This document shows, piece after piece, positions 12,407-24,052 of a DNA stretch of 64,000 nucleotides. Numbering within the stretch: the first letter of the stretch is position 1; the number at the start of each line of letters is the position of its first letter. The position numbers and the translations under genes were made by a program. The stretch comes from Macrostomum lignano (Eukaryota): the NCBI GenBank assembly GCA_002269645.1, contig NIVC01000558.1, forward strand, positions 186,001-250,000, read 5' to 3'. The notes under the pieces are model-generated. The model was not told the origin of the DNA, did no database searches, and was given only the letters and a program-made list of their open reading frames with translations.

Positions 12407-15203
12407 ATGACCACAAACTACAAACTACAGCAGGCAACACCACTCTACATTGCCTCGCAGGATGGTCTCCAAGAATCTGTTAAGACACTCATAAAAGCAC
12501 AAGCAAACATTAATACACGAGTGCTTACCGGTCAGTCACCTTTATACATTGCCTGCCAAAAAGGACACGAAAAAGTTGTCAATGAGTTATTGAAGGCACA
12601 AGCCGATGTTGAACTGCAAGACGAAAGAGGCTTCTCGCCTTTATACATGGCCGCACAGTTTGGCCATAGCGAAGTCGTCAAAGCTCTGATAAAGTCGCAA
12701 GCAGATGTGAATGTCCTCTGGAAATTTTCTCTAGCACCTTTGCACATTGCAGCGCAAGAGAACCACCAGGAAACTGTTGACTTGCTTATCGGAGCCCAGG
12801 CCAATGTCGACGTCCAGAGGGATACTGGAGAGTCGCCGCTCCACTTGGCAGTGCACTGGGGTCACGTAGGAGTTGTGTCTTCCCTCCTGACAGGCCAAGC
12901 CGAAGTAGATCTTCAAGAAGTCGGAGAGGGATATTCGCCTCTTTTGATATCTAGCCAACAGGGTCACACTGACATTACCAACTTGCTTCTGAGCTCTAAA
13001 GCAGATTCGGATATTCGAACCAAGAGTGGCAAGTCGCCGCTGCACATTGCCGCAAAGTCAGGTCATGATCGAGTAGTTGAGCTGCTGCTTGAAGCCAGAT
13101 GCACGATCAGGCCACACGCACTTGATGGAAATACGCCTTTGGAGTTGTCCCTCGCTCAAAACCATCTGCCTGTAGCTAGACGACTCAGAAGGGCTCAAGA
13201 AAATTTCGATTATTGCGCTGCAGACTCTGAAGTAATAAAAGACAGTACTGATATTCCACCTGTTCTTCAGCCAGAAGCGAACTTATCTAGTAAACGTTTT
13301 GAACAGTTTGAAAACCTTACTAAGTATGGGTAAGTTTTGTTCCATTTTATGAAACAGGTATTTTAGCTGTAATTTTTATCACATGTACGAGAAGAATACT
13401 AAGGAGAAATGTCTAACTTGACTAAACTTCAGACCACAACCCGAAGACACAGAACTCAGTCTGCAGCTACACGCAGCACTAACCAAGTCGGGATTTTCCG
13501 AAACCAGAGCCGCAATGCAGAGTGCAATGGCCGACGTACTGGAAACAATTCTAAGAAACCGACTGAATGACAATGAGGTCTTCGTAGTGGGAAGCTACTC
13601 CGAGGGCTGGGGCAACAGTCTAACACGTATGGACGGTAGAACTGATTTTGAATCCGACATTGACGTAGTTCAGCTAATGCCTGGCCGATTGTATCACGTG
13701 AGACGCTTCTGCCAATGCCCGAATGCTAACAGTCGACAAACAACAAGTTACTACAACGGGCATATAGAATGTGAAGGATTTGGTGAGGGTTCAATGATTA
13801 TGAGCTTAAATTTAGTATTTTGGTCATCTAGAAAGGACTTTATATTATACTCGTAATTCTGCTTCCCAACTTTAGCGTCAAACCCAGCCCGGCCAGAGAA
13901 CGGTTCGACTCTCCGACCCGCTGTGGACCGCGTGAGCGCCTGTCGCCTCTGCTGCTATCCTCCAATCGGGCCGCTGCAGCCTCATCGACTGGCCAAATCC
14001 AGCATCCCACAAACGGTGCTGCAGTCTCTCACAAGCGAGCTCGAAGCCTCGCCCTGTCACGTGGTTCACGCGGCACCTCCTGGACAAGCCGGCAAGCAGC
14101 TCCGAGTGAGCACCACCTTCTTAGAGAGACGCCTGCTACGGAGTCTCACGACTCTGCAGGGCCAGCTGTTCGTCACGCTCAAGTTTCTGGTCAAGAAGGT
14201 GATCGGTCGCAGAGTTCACGGTCTGAAGGCGTATCACGCGAAGACGGTCACGTTCCAAATGCTTGAAGAGACACCAGAAGAGCAGTGGAAGCCGGAGAAC
14301 CTTATGACACTCATCCGTCGATCGGTGCAGATGCTGTTGGACAGTGTCGAGACGAGTCGTTCCGCTGACAATACAGATGGCCGAATAATGGAGCATTTCT
14401 TCTTGAGCGATGCGGCTTTGTATCTGAAGGGCGCCGATCGCAGCAGTTTTGAAGAGATCGTGCAAGTTCTTCGAGACGTGATCGACCACTTGCCCCAGCT
14501 GCTGATGAGCTTCAATGAATATCTGAAACCCGTCAGTGCTGAAGGCATGTTTTACTTTCATCCGTTCCTCATACTACCTATTTTTTTGTGGAACCCGGAT
14601 CAAAAGTCGAACGAGCCTGCGTATCATAAAGTTTATAATTTAGTAAGGGAATCTTTACTTAGTCTCTTTGAAGTTAACCATGAAGGTGGCGAGGCTCTTA
14701 CTACTCTGTTTGAGCAGTTAGACAGGTTGCCATATTGCGCTCGATCAGCCCGGCAGAGTCTCAAAGCTTTGAGCTGCCTTATGTTTGACGACCTGAGCAC
14801 CGCCGTGGAGTTTCTGACGGACTGCCGAGCTCACCAGGTTTGCCGTTGTCTTGCATGGCCCAGTGACAGGCCAGCTGCTGAGGCAACTGAAAGCATCGTG
14901 TGGAGGCATTTAGAAACCCAGGATTCGGCGTGGAAGTTTTGCTTCAAATTCGGACAGCGACATAAATTTCAGTTTCGAGTGAAAAGTGATTTTTACGACT
15001 TCATTTCTGAATGCTTCCCGTTGCCGATGGAAAACTTTGAGAACTTTTACTATATGAACTTTGAGGCCCTGCTTCAGTGCCTGCGACTGGAACTGACACC
15101 CGGCGACTACCAAGCTGTCAACTGGCTCAAGGAAATCTCTCAACGTGACGACGCTGATGAAGTGGAGCAGAGAATTCTTTCAAGGTATCAACATTTGATT
15201 TGA
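12407..15203 (+). CDS. N-terminally truncated ANK(8)-cGLR gene C (duplicate of B); predicted exons 12407-13329, 13433-13782, 13876-15203
   Basis: Near-identical to 3948-6761 with splice sites and catalytic motifs intact. An in-frame ATG at 12407 lies just left of the duplication junction. Expression is not shown. Confidence 0.65.
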
Positions 15204-16180
15204 GAAGATTTCAATGCTGCTAACAATCACTTGTTTTATGATGATGATGATTAAACCTAAACCTACTACTGCAAGTAGGTAAATCAAGAAGGTCGACAAT
15301 TTTCCACCACATTTTAGACATCATAGATTTCGTTGACGATTTCGAAGATGATGTAATAAAAGTGAACAAAAGAAACCCAAAAGTAGTGCGCTGACGGAAT
15401 TCGTCACAATTCACAGAGCTCTACTAATTTATCTACTTAAAAAATTAGGAAGTTAAAATATGTTTTATTATTTTATAGACTTATTGTGTATACACACTTC
15501 TACGAGCTATTAACTATAATTTTATTAAACTCTGTGTATTTGTTTTAATGCACTTAAGAGTTAGCTAGATATTATACAACCTGTTTAAATGAATGCGATC
15601 AATGAAGATCCTTGTTCTCTTGTTTTCATTTTCCCTTTTGTCCTAATCTTGTAGCTTTAGATTTTTTGTACCTTCTTGATTAAGATTTTTAATCTCTTAC
15701 CAAGAGCCCTAAGAGTCGCCGTAAGTATCCCACGCACTTATTGGTACTGAAAAGTCGACTTACAATAAATAATAAACGATTTATATCCAGTTGTTTTGTG
15801 ACGTTGCTTTGACTTTTCTGAACTCTCCTCAAATGTCAAGACCACTGCGTTATCAGTAGGAAACTAACATCACACACTACTGTCAGAGTATTTAAAGCAG
15901 AACGTTTGCGGGTGACTGTAAAGTAACATGTTTGCGATCATAAACGTGCGTATCATAAACGTGATCATAATAATGCCGTTATCTTACAGAAGCAGTGCCC
16001 GCTATTCAACAAGTAGCAATATAGTTGATTTAACGAAAGCATTACGATCGCTACAAGTTCTCCTGGTAAGCGCGCCTGCAAGGCTGGATTCTTAATCTAG
16101 TTCGAAAGTTTCCGAGTTAAATAGTGGCACGTTGTTTATTTAAAAAAATTTATCGTTTTTTCAATAATTTTTCGGCTTAC

Positions 16181-16898
16181 CTTAGATGTCAGGCCCAAGA
16201 TTAGACCACCGATAGTCACCACCAAGCGCATCTCCCTACAATTTAAGACAATTTTAATGTAAACTTCTACTTTTCTGCATGATTCTGCAGGATCCGTAGG
16301 ATGAAAACGTTTTTATTGGCTGCCATGCATTATGCAGCTCGATTTAAGTCAACAGAACTATATACCATTAATAGTACAGTTTCAAGAGCCAGCTACTCAA
16401 GCTACTCACCTCTCAATGTACCCAGCCAGCTCTTCATGCCCATTGCGCGTCGCAATGTCTACAGCTGTCAGACCGTTGAGGTCCTTCAGGCCAAGCAGGC
16501 GTTTCCGTTCGTTCTTCGGCTTCTCGGGTCCTTTGCCGCCGCCGTTCTGCTTAGGCGAGTTCTGCAGCCACTTAGCATTGAAGGGCATCAGCGCCAGAAG
16601 CCGCACGTTGTCCTGTCGGGCTGCCAAATGCGCAGCCGTGTTGCCCGACTCGTCAATCGCTTTGGTATCGGCGCCAAGTTTAATTAAGTACAAAATGCAC
16701 TTTTCAGCCTGATCTGGAATTCTTGGCGAGTCGGCTGCTAGCATGAGAACGGTCCGGTTGGCTTGGTCGGTTGCCGTCACGAGCTGACTGGTTGCCAGCC
16801 GCTGCACCTGGTCAAAGTCACCTTGAATGACCAGCTGTGCGACAGTCTGGAGCGGAGCAGAGGTTGCAGGTGCACGCATTACAAATTGTATCTGACAT
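16181..16898 (-). CDS. Ankyrin-repeat exon (16898-16410, phase 2-2) with a 138-bp in-frame deletion, plus 55-nt exon (16235-16181)
   Basis: Same splice signals as 8579-7956. It lacks 46 codons (SQGLTPLMKAA...ESSD), so one ANK repeat is lost. Confidence 0.68.
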
Positions 16899-17348
16899 CT
16901 ACAGCAGGACGAACAAAAACAGTCGATATTAAATTATCAAATCTTAACCCAGGAAAGAGGTTTAACAAAACGGACCTACTAAACTAGACTAGGCTCTGAT
17001 AAACTACATTAAACTGCATATTATACAGAAAATGTAGAAATATTGTAAAATGTGAGTCTTTTAAGGGACAATATATTATCTATACACATGCTGCTATTAC
17101 TTATGTTTCATCTACCACTTCAATATTATCTACCAAATTTCATAGATTGACACATGATTTAAATATGATCATAACACATGTTCATGATTTACATTGCGAC
17201 TCTGCATTGTCATCCATTAGTGATCTGACAGAAACATTGAAACAGCAATACTTTCATTTGAGCAATGCAGATGAAAAACTAGATTATTAATGCAGAACGG
17301 CTGAGTCAGTCTGTTGCACCGGATAAATAATGTACATGTAACTGCACT

Positions 17349-18753
17349 GGCTGTGTGAGCAGTCAGCTACCTGAAGAAAGGCTGTGTAAGCAGTCAGCTA
17401 CCTGAAGAAAGGCTGTGTAAGCAGTCAGCTACCTGAAGAAAGGCTGTGTAAGCAGTCAGCTACCTGAAGAAAGGCTGTGTGAGCAGTCAGCTACCTGAAG
17501 AAAGGCTGTGTAAGCAGTCAGCTACTTGAAGAAAGGCTGTGTAAGCAGTCAGCTACCTGAAGAAAGGCTGTGTGAGCAGTCAGCTACCTGAAGAAAGGCT
17601 GTGTGAGCAGTCAGCTACCTGAAGAAAGGTTGTGTGAGCAGTCAGCTACCTGAAGAAAGGCTGTGTAAGCAGTCAGCTACTTGAAGAAAGGCTGTGTAAG
17701 CAGTCAGCTACTTGAAGAAAGGCTGTGTGAGCAGTCAGCTACCTGAAGAAAGGCTGTGTGAGCAGTCAGCTACCTGAAGAAAGGCTGTGTAAGCAGTCAG
17801 CTACTTGAAGAAAGGCTGTGTGAGCAGTCAGCTACCTGAAGAAAGGCTGTGTAAGCAGTCAGCTACCTGAAGAAAGGCTGTGTGAGCAGTCAGCTACCTG
17901 AAGAAAGGCTGTGTGAGCAGTCAGCTACCTGAAGAAAGGCTGTGTAAGCAGTCAGCTACCTGAAGAAAGGCTGTGTAAGCAGTCAGCTACCTGAAGAAAG
18001 GCTGTGTAAGCAGTCAGCTACCTGAAGAAAGGCTGTGTAAGCAGTCAGCTACCTGAAGAAAGGCTGTGTAAGCAGTCAGCTACCTGAAGAAAGGCTGTGT
18101 AAGCAGTCAGCTACCTGAAGAAAGGCTGTGTAAGCAGTCAGCTACCTGAAGAAAGGCTGTGTAAGCAGTCAGCTACCTGAAGAAAGGCTGTGTAAGCAGT
18201 CAGCTACCTGAAGAAAAGCTGTGTGAGCAGTCAGCTACCTGAAGAAAGGCTGTGTGAGCAGTCAGCTACCTGAAGAAAGGCTGTGTGAGCAGTCAGCTAC
18301 CTGAAGAAAGGCTGTGTAAGCAGTCAGCTACCTGAAGAAAGGCTGTGTAAGCAGTCAGCTACCTGAAGAAAGGCTGTGTGAGCAGTCAGCTACCTGAAGA
18401 AAGGCTGTGTAAGCAGTCAGCTACCTGAAGAAAGGCTGTGTGAGCAGTCAGCTACCTGAAGAAAGGCTGTGTAAGCAGTCAGCTACCTGAAGAAAGGCTG
18501 TGTAAGCAGTCAGCTACCTGAAGAAAGGCTGTGTGAGCAGTCAGCTACCTGAAGAAAGGCTGTGTGAGCAGTCAGCTACCTGAAGAAAGGCTGTGTGAGC
18601 AGTCAGCTACCTGAAGAAAGGCTGTGTGAGCAGTCAGCTACCTGAAGAAAGGCTGTGTGAGCAGTCAGCTACCTGAAGAAAGGCTGTGTGAGCAGTCAGC
18701 TACCTGAAGAAAGGCTGTGTGAGCAGTCAGCTACCTGAAGAAAGGCTGTGTGA
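17349..18753 (+). repeat. 31-bp minisatellite, 45 units
   Basis: Unit GGCTGTGTGAGCAGTCAGCTACCTGAAGAAA; 18744-17349 = 1395 = 45 x 31. Confidence 0.97.
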
Positions 18754-19619
18754 GTCAGCACCAACCTCACGCGCCTGTGATGGACTGTTTCTCATTTTCT
18801 AAGGTTAGTCCAACGTATTCGAAATAACAAATCGGTATTCAATTTTCACTTTCATCGCCGCTAAAAAGCTATGCATCGAAAGCAAAATCTGATTGGCTGT
18901 TGCTTCTGGACTTCTTGAAGACAAAAATACAAAAAGAAAGGTGGAGCATCTGGTCAGTGGGTCAAATCGAGGGTGAATTGCTGAATTCTGTCAGTTGACA
19001 TGCGCGCAGCTGGCTAAGAGAGGCCAGTGAGCAGGACTGCTCAATCTCGCAGCTAAACGAAACCCGAGCTGAGCGAGCAGTTGCTACTCAATGCAACAGA
19101 ATGCTTGAGAAGCCAGTTTTTTATAAGCCAAAGGCAGGACAGTGAAAGTGATGGTGAGGCTGACTCGAATGTGCAATAGAATTGAATTTTTACAGATGCG
19201 CAACAAAACAACAAAAGCTGGGCAGAGAGAGAGAGAGAGGGAGAGAGAGAGAGGGAGAGAGAGGGAATGAGTGTTGCAGAGTGAAGTGCACCGAAGAGAC
19301 ACTGGAAAATTCCAAAACTGAGCGCCCACCCCCAAGAGCGCAAGGCGCATAGCGAATCTTCAGGTGCAAACGAATTTCTGGAGAATACAATGCAGCTCTT
19401 CTCTTTAATGGAAAATGATATTCTTTTGAGTACTATGAGTAGCGTATTGTAAGCGATATTGTTTGCGGAGATTTAAAAGTATTTTTGACCTGGACGACTA
19501 TATACCCAAGAGGGCCAAGAAGTGATGAAAGTTATGAACTGATGAAGTGATTGGATTGATGACAGCTGTTTTATTCGCGATTTTGGGGGTATTTGGGTAT
19601 TTGGCCCCTCCCATTGGCC

Positions 19620-20770
19620 AGCCCTGCCCCCCATCCTACATCCCAGCCTGTCTCTCTCCCTGCCCCCCATCCTACATCCCAGCCTGTCTCTCGCCCTGCC
19701 CCTCACCCTGCATCCCAGCCTGTCTCTCTCCCTGCCCCCCAGCCTGTCTCTCTCCCTGCCCTCACCCTGCATCCCAGCCTGTCTCTCTCCCTGCCCCTCA
19801 CCCTACATCCCAGCCTGTCTCTCTCCCTGCCCTCACCCTGCATCCCAGCCTGTCTCTCTCCCTGCCCTCACCCTGCATCCCAGCCTGTCTCTCTCCCTGC
19901 CCCCCACCCTACATCCCAGCCTGTCTCTCTCCCTGCCCCTCACCCTACATCCCAGCCTGTCTCTCTCCCTGCCCCTCACCCTACATCCCAGCCTGTCTCT
20001 CTCCCTGCCCTCACCCTGCATCCCAGCCTGTCTCTCTCCCTGCCCCTCACCCTACATCCCAGCCTGTCTCTCTCCCTGCCCTCACCCTGCATCCCAGCCT
20101 GTCTCTCTCCCTGCCCCTCACCCTACATCCCAGCCTGTCTCTCTCCCTGCCCCTCACCCTACATCCCAGCCTGTCTCTCTCCCTGCCCCCCATCCTACAT
20201 CCCAGCCTGTCTCTCTCCCTGCCCCCCATCCTAAATCCCAGCCTGTCTCTCTCCCTGCCCCCATCCTACATCCCAGCCTGTCTCGCTCCCTGCCCCCCAT
20301 CCTACATCCCAGCCTGTCTCTCTCCCTGCCCCTCACCCTGCATCCCAGCCTGTCTCTCTCCCTGCCCCTCACCCTACATCCCAGCCTGTCTCTCTCCCTG
20401 CCCTCACCCTGCATCCCAGCCTGCCTCTCCCTGCCCCTCACCCTACATCCCAGCCTGTCTCTCTCCCTGCCCCTCACCCTACATCCCAGCCTGTCTCTCT
20501 CCCTGCCCCCCATCCTACATCTCAGCCTGTCTCTCTCCCTGCCCCTCACCCTGCATCCCAGCCTGTCTCTCTCCCTGCCCTCACCCTGCATCCCAGCCTG
20601 TCTCTCTCCCTGCCCCTCACCCTACATCCCAGCCTGTCTCTCTCCCTGCCCCTCACCCTACATCCCAGCCTGTCTCTCTCCCTGCCCCCCATCCTACATC
20701 CCAGCCTGTCTCTCTCCCTGCCCCTCACCCTACATCCCAGCCTGTCTCTCTCCCTGCCCCTCACCCTACA
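19620..20770 (+). repeat. 36-bp minisatellite (copy 2; many 35-bp variant units)
   Basis: Same unit as 9945-11115. Confidence 0.95.
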
Positions 20771-20793
20771 TCAAAGCCTTTCATGACATGGAT

Positions 20794-21133
20794 GAGCAAT
20801 GGCTGTGTGCATGAGATGTGGGTCATGGCACATGGGCAATGGCTGTGTGCATGAGATATGGGTCATAGCACATGAGCAATGGCTGTGTGCATGAGATATG
20901 GGTCATGGCACATGAGCAATGGCTGTGTGCATGAGATGTGGGTCATGGCACATGAGCAATGGCTGTGTGCATGAGATGTGGGTCATGGCACATGGGCAAT
21001 GGCTGTGTGCATGAGATATGGGTCATGGCACATGGGCAATGGCTGTGTGCATGAGATATGGGTCATGGCACATGAGCAATGGCTGCGTGCATGAGATATG
21101 GGTCATGGCACATGAGCAATGGCTGCGTGCACA
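20794..21133 (+). repeat. 40-bp minisatellite (copy 2, about 8.5 units)
   Basis: Same unit as 11138-11399. Confidence 0.93.
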
Positions 21134-21424
21134 TACTTTACATTGCTGCACTGCAGTGCCATCCAATATTGATGGCAGAGAAATTGAAACAGCAATGATT
21201 TTATCTGAGCAATGCAGGTGAATAAAAATGATTAATGCAGAACTGCTGTGTCAGTCTGTTGCACCAGATAAATAATTCCTAAGATTATCAAAGGTGGATT
21301 ACAAAATGCACACCTGAACTGTGGATAAAGATTAGCAAAATAAGCCGTGAGTACAAATGCAAAATTATTAATAAATTTATAACTAAACTGCATTTGAGCA
21401 CAAAGTGCCATTGATGAGGTGCCA

Positions 21425-21602
21425 CAGCAGGGTGAATTGAAGGCAGCAAAGTCAGACACAAATTCATGCAGACTGCAGTCAAGCGAGCCATATTCAGTAC
21501 TTGCAGTAGCACAGCTGGGTGAAGTGAAGGCAGCAAAGTCAGACACAAATTCATGCAGATTGCAGTCAAGCGAGCCATATTCAGTACTTGCAGTGGCACA
21601 GC
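21425..21602 (+). repeat. 87-bp minisatellite (copy 2, 2 units)
   Basis: Same unit as 11693-12220. Confidence 0.9.
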
Positions 21603-21794
21603 TGGCTGCACCGGATGCAGACTTGGTCAGTGAAATGCGGGATGCTCAGGCGGTGACCTCAGCGGCTCATTCGGAAAATCCCTGACAGCTGCGGGATTAA
21701 AAATGTTGTTTAATCAGCTCAGGGGTGTCAAATGAATGTCTGCAAAGAATGGACTGCCTCATTGGAGCCTCTGAATTGACCTGAACTACAAATG

Positions 21795-22270
21795 ACCTTA
21801 GATGAACCCACAGATCTAACCATGACCTTGCATGACCCCACAGACCTAAGCATTACCTTAGATGACCCAACAGACCTGACCTTAGACGACCCCACCAACT
21901 TAATCATGACCTTATATGACCTCATAGACCTTATCATGAAGCTAGATGACACCACAGATGTAAGCATGACCTTAGATGACCTCATAGACCTAATCATGAA
22001 GCTAGATGACACCACAAATGTAAGCATGACTTTAGATGACCTCATAGACCTAATCATGAAGCTAGATGACACCACAGATGTAAGCATGACCTTAGATGAC
22101 CTCATAGACCTAATCATGAAGCTAGATGACACCACAGATGTAAGCATGACTTTAGATGACCTCATAGACCTAATCATAAAGCTAGATGACACCACAGATG
22201 TAAGCATGACCTTAGATGACCTCATAGACCTAATCATGAAGCTAGATGACACCACAGATGTAAGCTACAG
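21795..22270 (+). repeat. 60-bp minisatellite (about 6 units) preceded by degenerate shorter units
   Basis: Unit GACCTTAGATGACCTCATAGACCTAATCATGAAGCTAGATGACACCACAGATGTAAGCAT. Confidence 0.9.
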
Positions 22271-22442
22271 CCTAACCTTATAACCTTATATGACCCCACA
22301 GCAATAAAACAGAAAAGGCTCTAGAGATTTTGAAAATATGCCTAAAACGAACCAATAATTATAACGTGACCCTAATTGACCCGGCTCCCTCACCCGCTCT
22401 TTAACCGTGACCTCAAATGACCCCGTCGGCCCCCGCCCTCAC

Positions 22443-22856
22443 CCGCTCGGCGCCGCCTCCGCAGGCGCTTCGACTTCGCCGCCGCCGCAGGCCGCCACGT
22501 CGCCGCCCTCCCGAGCCGCCCGAAGTCCCTGCCGGAAGTCGCCGACGCGCCTCAGCCTCAGCAGCTGCTCGGCTCTCAAAGCGTCATCAGCAAGCTGAGC
22601 ATCGGCCGGTCTGGCCTCCAGAGCCGCCAGCTGCAGCCGGGCTTCATCCCGCTCGGCTGTCAGGGCGGCGATGACGGCGTCCTGCTGGTCCAGCCTCGCC
22701 GTCGCCTCGCCCAGCCTCTCGTTCAGGCGGGCGACTCTCGCCTCGCCGCGGCGTTGGCACAGCTCGAGCTGGCGACTGGCGAGCTTGTCGGCTGTGCTCA
22801 GGTACTCAGTGAGGTGCTCTTCGTGCTGGTCCTGAGGGCATTGGGGCTGGGGTCTG
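22443..22856 (-). CDS. Internal coiled-coil exon not in the ORF track (414 nt, phase 2-2)
   Basis: Acceptor ATCTCAG|, donor GG|GTGAGG, 137 stop-free codons with strong G/C third positions: ...HEEHLTEYLSTADKLASRQLELCQRRGEARVARLNERLGEATARLDQQDAVIAALTAERDEARLQLAALE... Confidence 0.65.
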
Positions 22857-22860
22857 CTGA

Positions 22861-23005
22861 GATCTGGGTGTGCTCAGGTGTGATCTGGGTGTGCTCAGGT
22901 GGGATCTGGGTGTGCTCAAGTGGGATCTGGGTGGCATCTGAGTGTGCTCAAGTGGGATCTGGGTGTGCTCAAGTGGGATCTGGGTGTGCTTAGGTGGGAT
23001 CTGGT
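22861..23005 (+). repeat. 21-bp minisatellite, about 7 units
   Basis: Unit GATCTGGGTGTGCTCAGGTGG. Confidence 0.85.
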
Positions 23006-23018
23006 TGGGCTTCTTATT

Positions 23019-23518
23019 CACGAAGCATTAGCAGAGTTTAAGTGCCGTCTTGGCGACCCAGACATTTTTAACGGCTCACTCGTAAAACTCTTCCTACAGC
23101 GCTGCAGCTCCGCGTCCCCGCCCACGAGCTCGACAGAGCGTCCAGCCGCCTGGGCCGACTCCGGTCGGACTGCCTGAGGAGACTCGGTGAGAAATGATGA
23201 GGCGACAGTTGGTGAACTAGTCAAAACCTGCAGTCTGAGCGCAGGCAACCAGCCAAAAGGCACCTGGAACTTCATGGCGCCCGAGGATGCTCATGGCAGA
23301 GGGATGGTGACGCAGAAGGGTGGTGACGCAGAAGGGTGGTGACGCAGAAGGGTGGTGACGCAGAAGGGTGGTGACGCAGAAGGGTGGTGACGCAGAAGGT
23401 GGTGACGCAGAAGGGTGGTGACGCAGAAGGGTGGTGACGCAGAAGGGTGGTGACGCAGAAGGGTGGTGACGCAGAAGGGTGGTGACGCAGAAGGGTGGTG
23501 ACGCAGAAGGCTGGTGAC
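23019..23518 (+). repeat. ~500-bp direct repeat, copy 1 (includes 16-bp TGGTGACGCAGAAGGG x ~13)
   Basis: Matches 31801-32300 starting at CACGAAGCATTAGCAGAGTTTAAGTGCC. Confidence 0.92.
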
Positions 23519-23893
23519 ATCAAAGACAGACAGACAGGCACCCAGAATATATAGAAGACAGGGTAGATTTTACATCTTATCAGGGACGCGAGATAGACGC
23601 GGTTTCGGTCTTTGGAAGGCGCCGTGGACTGTTTCGAAGATTTATGCAATAAACTGACTCTGCGCAATAAGAGACTTTCTTTTAGACTACGAGCCAGAAC
23701 GAATTAAAAAACCAAGCACACTCTCCCTGGAGAGAGACTGTTGATAACTTTATACTTATTTTGCAAAAAAGTAACCTTTTTAAATAAATAGAGTCGATGC
23801 TGAAAAAATATCGGCATGGGGGCTGGTGCTGAAACATACGTATAACAAATAAATAAATATAAATAATATCTGTACACATTCAAGAAACGTACG

Positions 23894-24052
23894 TGTGACG
23901 GTGGACTTTTCTTTGTGCCACCCCATTTTTGATAAGTCTATAAATAGACCTGGTGCGCGCCAGAGGGCGATACTTGTTTTTCTCTTTGTTGCGGCTCCGT
24001 TAGGAGCCTTTGGACAATCATCTCATTCTTATTTTTTTACAAGAATGCAACA
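23894..24052 (+). repeat. 5' LTR (159 bp)
   Basis: TGTGACGGTGG...GAATGCAACA, contains TATAAATA. Confidence 0.95.

Larger units (their letters stand above)
3948..12412 (+). repeat. Tandem segmental duplication, copy 1 (about 8.47 kb)
   Basis: Begins AGCAGGCAACACCACTCTAC (3948) and ends TTGACCTGAACTACAAATGACC (12412). It is colinear with 12429-21797; coding parts are nearly identical and minisatellite copy numbers differ. Confidence 0.95.
12429..21797 (+). repeat. Tandem segmental duplication, copy 2 (about 9.37 kb)
   Basis: Colinear with 3948-12412. Junction filler ACAAACTACAAACTAC lies at about 12413-12428. Confidence 0.95.

Noticed and set aside
17349-18753. CRISPR-like 31-bp repeats
   Set aside because: Units are contiguous with no unique spacers, there are no cas genes, and the context is eukaryotic.
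3948-21797. Duplication as a pure assembly artefact
   Set aside because: Not excluded without reads. However, distinct indels, VNTR counts, substitutions and a non-templated-looking junction filler favour a real duplication or divergent haplotypes.
21728-22283. MTLDDLIDLIMKLDD repeat protein
   Set aside because: 60-bp minisatellite that is open on both strands and lacks convincing splice context.
23018-23275. 85-aa minus-strand ORF (also at 31810-32064) as an exon upstream of the coiled-coil exon
   Set aside because: Its candidate donor gives phase 1, which is incompatible with the phase-2 acceptor at 22856, and it has no recognisable domain. Left unassigned.
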